Below, piece after piece: positions 62,364-64,000 of a DNA stretch of 64,000 bases. A model generated the notes under the pieces. The model searched no databases. It saw only the letters and a program-made list of their open reading frames with translations, and had not been told where the DNA came from. Every line of letters starts with the position of its first letter. Position 1 is the first letter of the stretch. The position numbers and the translations under genes were made by a program. The DNA is from an uncultured cyanobacterium (GTDB lineage: Bacteria; Cyanobacteriota; Cyanobacteriia; CAKZMO01): the NCBI GenBank assembly GCA_963719515.1, contig CAVRCJ010000013.1:128001-192000 (forward strand), written 5' to 3'.

Positions 62364-62780
62364 TTATGGTAGCACGGGGATATCGTCTAGCCAGTCAATA
62401 TCGTCTTGAAAGCAGCCGTGCTGCTGCCAGGATTCCTGCAGGGCATCTTCTCGCGCTTGGCGCTCACGTCTGCGATAGCTCGGGTCAGCGGATATGGCGC
62501 GGGCGACGAGCCCATCAACCTGACCCACCTGCTCTCTGTTTTCGCTCGTTGCGCCGAGGTAGGTGACCCAGGTTTTAGGGTCCATAGCGCCCTTCTTGCT
62601 ATTGCACTCTAGGCAAGCCGTTACAAGGTTTTTCATCTTGTCGGTGCCGCCTCGGGACTTAGGAATCACGTGGTCTAAGGTTAAGGCCTCGGCCTTGACT
62701 CGCTTGTGGCAGTAGACGCAGCGAAAGCCATCGCGGCGGTAAACCTTCAAGCGGTGCTTCATGTGGTTTGTTGAGGCCAT
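62364..62780 (-). CDS. HNH endonuclease (McrA-type)
   Basis: RDGFRCVYC...TLDHVIPKSRGG...NLVTACLECNSKKG; AAAGGTGG RBS before ATG 62780. Confidence 0.92.
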   Translation of the reverse strand: MASTNHMKHRLKVYRRDGFRCVYCHKRVKAEALTLDHVIPKSRGGTDKMKNLVTACLECNSKKGAMDPKTWVTYLGATSENREQVGQVDGLVARAISADPSYRRRERQAREDALQESWQQHGCFQDDIDWLDDIPVLP

Positions 62781-62946
62781 AATATCCACCTTTCTCTTGC
62801 AGAGAGGGACGACTGCCTGCCTGCGTGAGACTAGAGGCAGTCGTCCCTAGCGGCGCTGCCTGGGGTGAGGCGATCGCCGTTTTCAACATTTCACGCGCCA
62901 TTTTACAGGCTTTTGTGCAAAAGTGGTGCAATATTTTCTTAGATTT

Positions 62947-64000
62947 CTAGCTTGCCCCATCCAGTAGGCGTACAATTTCGTCGAACTGGTAGTCCTCTGC
63001 CAAACCCTCCAATCGGGCAGCGATCGCTGCATTACCCGACGGAATTTTGGCAATCAGCTGCCTCACCTGCCGACCTTTGAGATGGCTAGCGGCTTGGCGA
63101 AGGGCGGCTAGCCAGTCAGCGGGTAGAGCCCTAAGAGCGGTTGAGACATCCACCGGCGCAGCGTCTCGGCAAGACATCGTTTGGGGTAGGTCTTCTGCGG
63201 TGAGGGCAGGCTGCTGCTGATACGTAAACTCGATCCCCAAATGCTGGTGGAGCATCTCCCAAATTTTTTCCTGTTGAAACGGCTTTAGCATGTAGTCGTC
63301 GAACCCAGAGGCCAGCGTGACGTCTCGCTGCCCTTTAAAGGCGCTAGCCGTTAAGGCAATAATCTTGGTAGCAGTCTGCCCAAATTCTGACTCTCGCTGC
63401 CGAATTCCTTGGGTGGCGGCATAGCCATCTAGCTCGGGCATACGCAAATCCATCCAGATAAGCTGCGGCTGCCACTCTTCCCAAAGGGCGATCGCCTCTG
63501 CCCCATTGCTAGCCTGCTGCACCGACAGCCCCACCGAGGTGAGCAAATCTCGCAGCAGCAGGCGGCTGTCTGGCTCATCGTCCACTACCAGGAGCCGGTA
63601 GTCAGGCTGGCCTGGCGCAAGACCCACCACGCCCCGGCTTTGAGCCGTGGGGAGCGCCTCGCCAGAGGTCACTGCGACGGGAATGGCGACCCGAAAGCAC
63701 GTTCCTTTGCCCACCTCACTGCGGGGCGTGAGCTCTCCCCCCATCAGCGCCACAAACTGACGAGAGATCGACAGACCTAGTCCAGTTCCCTGCTTTACCC
63801 GCCGCCCTGCTGCGGTTTGCTCGAAGGCAACAAACAGCTTATCTAGTTCATCAGGGGCAATCCCCGGCCCTGTGTCTTCTAGCTCCAGCTGAAGATTGTG
63901 GTCTAGGTCAGGGGCCGCGGGCTGCGGGTTTAGGCGCACCGTCACCCGCAGCGTGATCGATCCTCTCTCCGTAAACTTGACGGCGTTGCCAATCAGGTTG
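62947..64000 (-). CDS. Hybrid histidine kinase/response regulator (3' part; starts beyond the window)
   Basis: NLIGNAVKFT, DTGPGI and GTGLGL (HATPase), then a receiver domain (LVVDD...WMDLRMP...KP). Confidence 0.92.
   Translation of the reverse strand, partial: NLIGNAVKFTERGSITLRVTVRLNPQPAAPDLDHNLQLELEDTGPGIAPDELDKLFVAFEQTAAGRRVKQGTGLGLSISRQFVALMGGELTPRSEVGKGTCFRVAIPVAVTSGEALPTAQSRGVVGLAPGQPDYRLLVVDDEPDSRLLLRDLLTSVGLSVQQASNGAEAIALWEEWQPQLIWMDLRMPELDGYAATQGIRQRESEFGQTATKIIALTASAFKGQRDVTLASGFDDYMLKPFQQEKIWEMLHQHLGIEFTYQQQPALTAEDLPQTMSCRDAAPVDVSTALRALPADWLAALRQAASHLKGRQVRQLIAKIPSGNAAIAARLEGLAEDYQFDEIVRLLDGAS

Overview
Chromosomal window from a cyanobacterium. The evidence is abundant HIP1 GCGATCGC octamers, ndhP, a GUN4-domain gene and cyanobacterial-type gyrA/valS/nusA/infB. 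Most of it is housekeeping: gyrA (partial), valS, an ABC1 kinase, ndhP, tRNA-Leu(CAA), the rimP-nusA-ylxR-infB operon and recF. There is also an 11.6-kb Wzm/Wzt glycosyltransferase cluster, a secreted GDSL-RTX hydrolase and an HNH / radical SAM / TPR-CHAT gene run. The most notable non-coding signal is a pair of ~420-450 bp protein-free IS200/IS605-type mini-elements (24072-24520 and 56113-56534). Each keeps a left-end hairpin, a putative promoter and a 198-nt right-end RNA with compensatory base changes, consistent with stand-alone TnpB omega/reRNA genes carrying different guides. A separate, catalytically intact tnpB-only element with different ends sits inside the nusA-infB operon. Two genes are disrupted: a frameshifted CYTH gene and a membrane-protein gene with one in-frame stop. 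All calls come from reading the sequence; no database searches were run.
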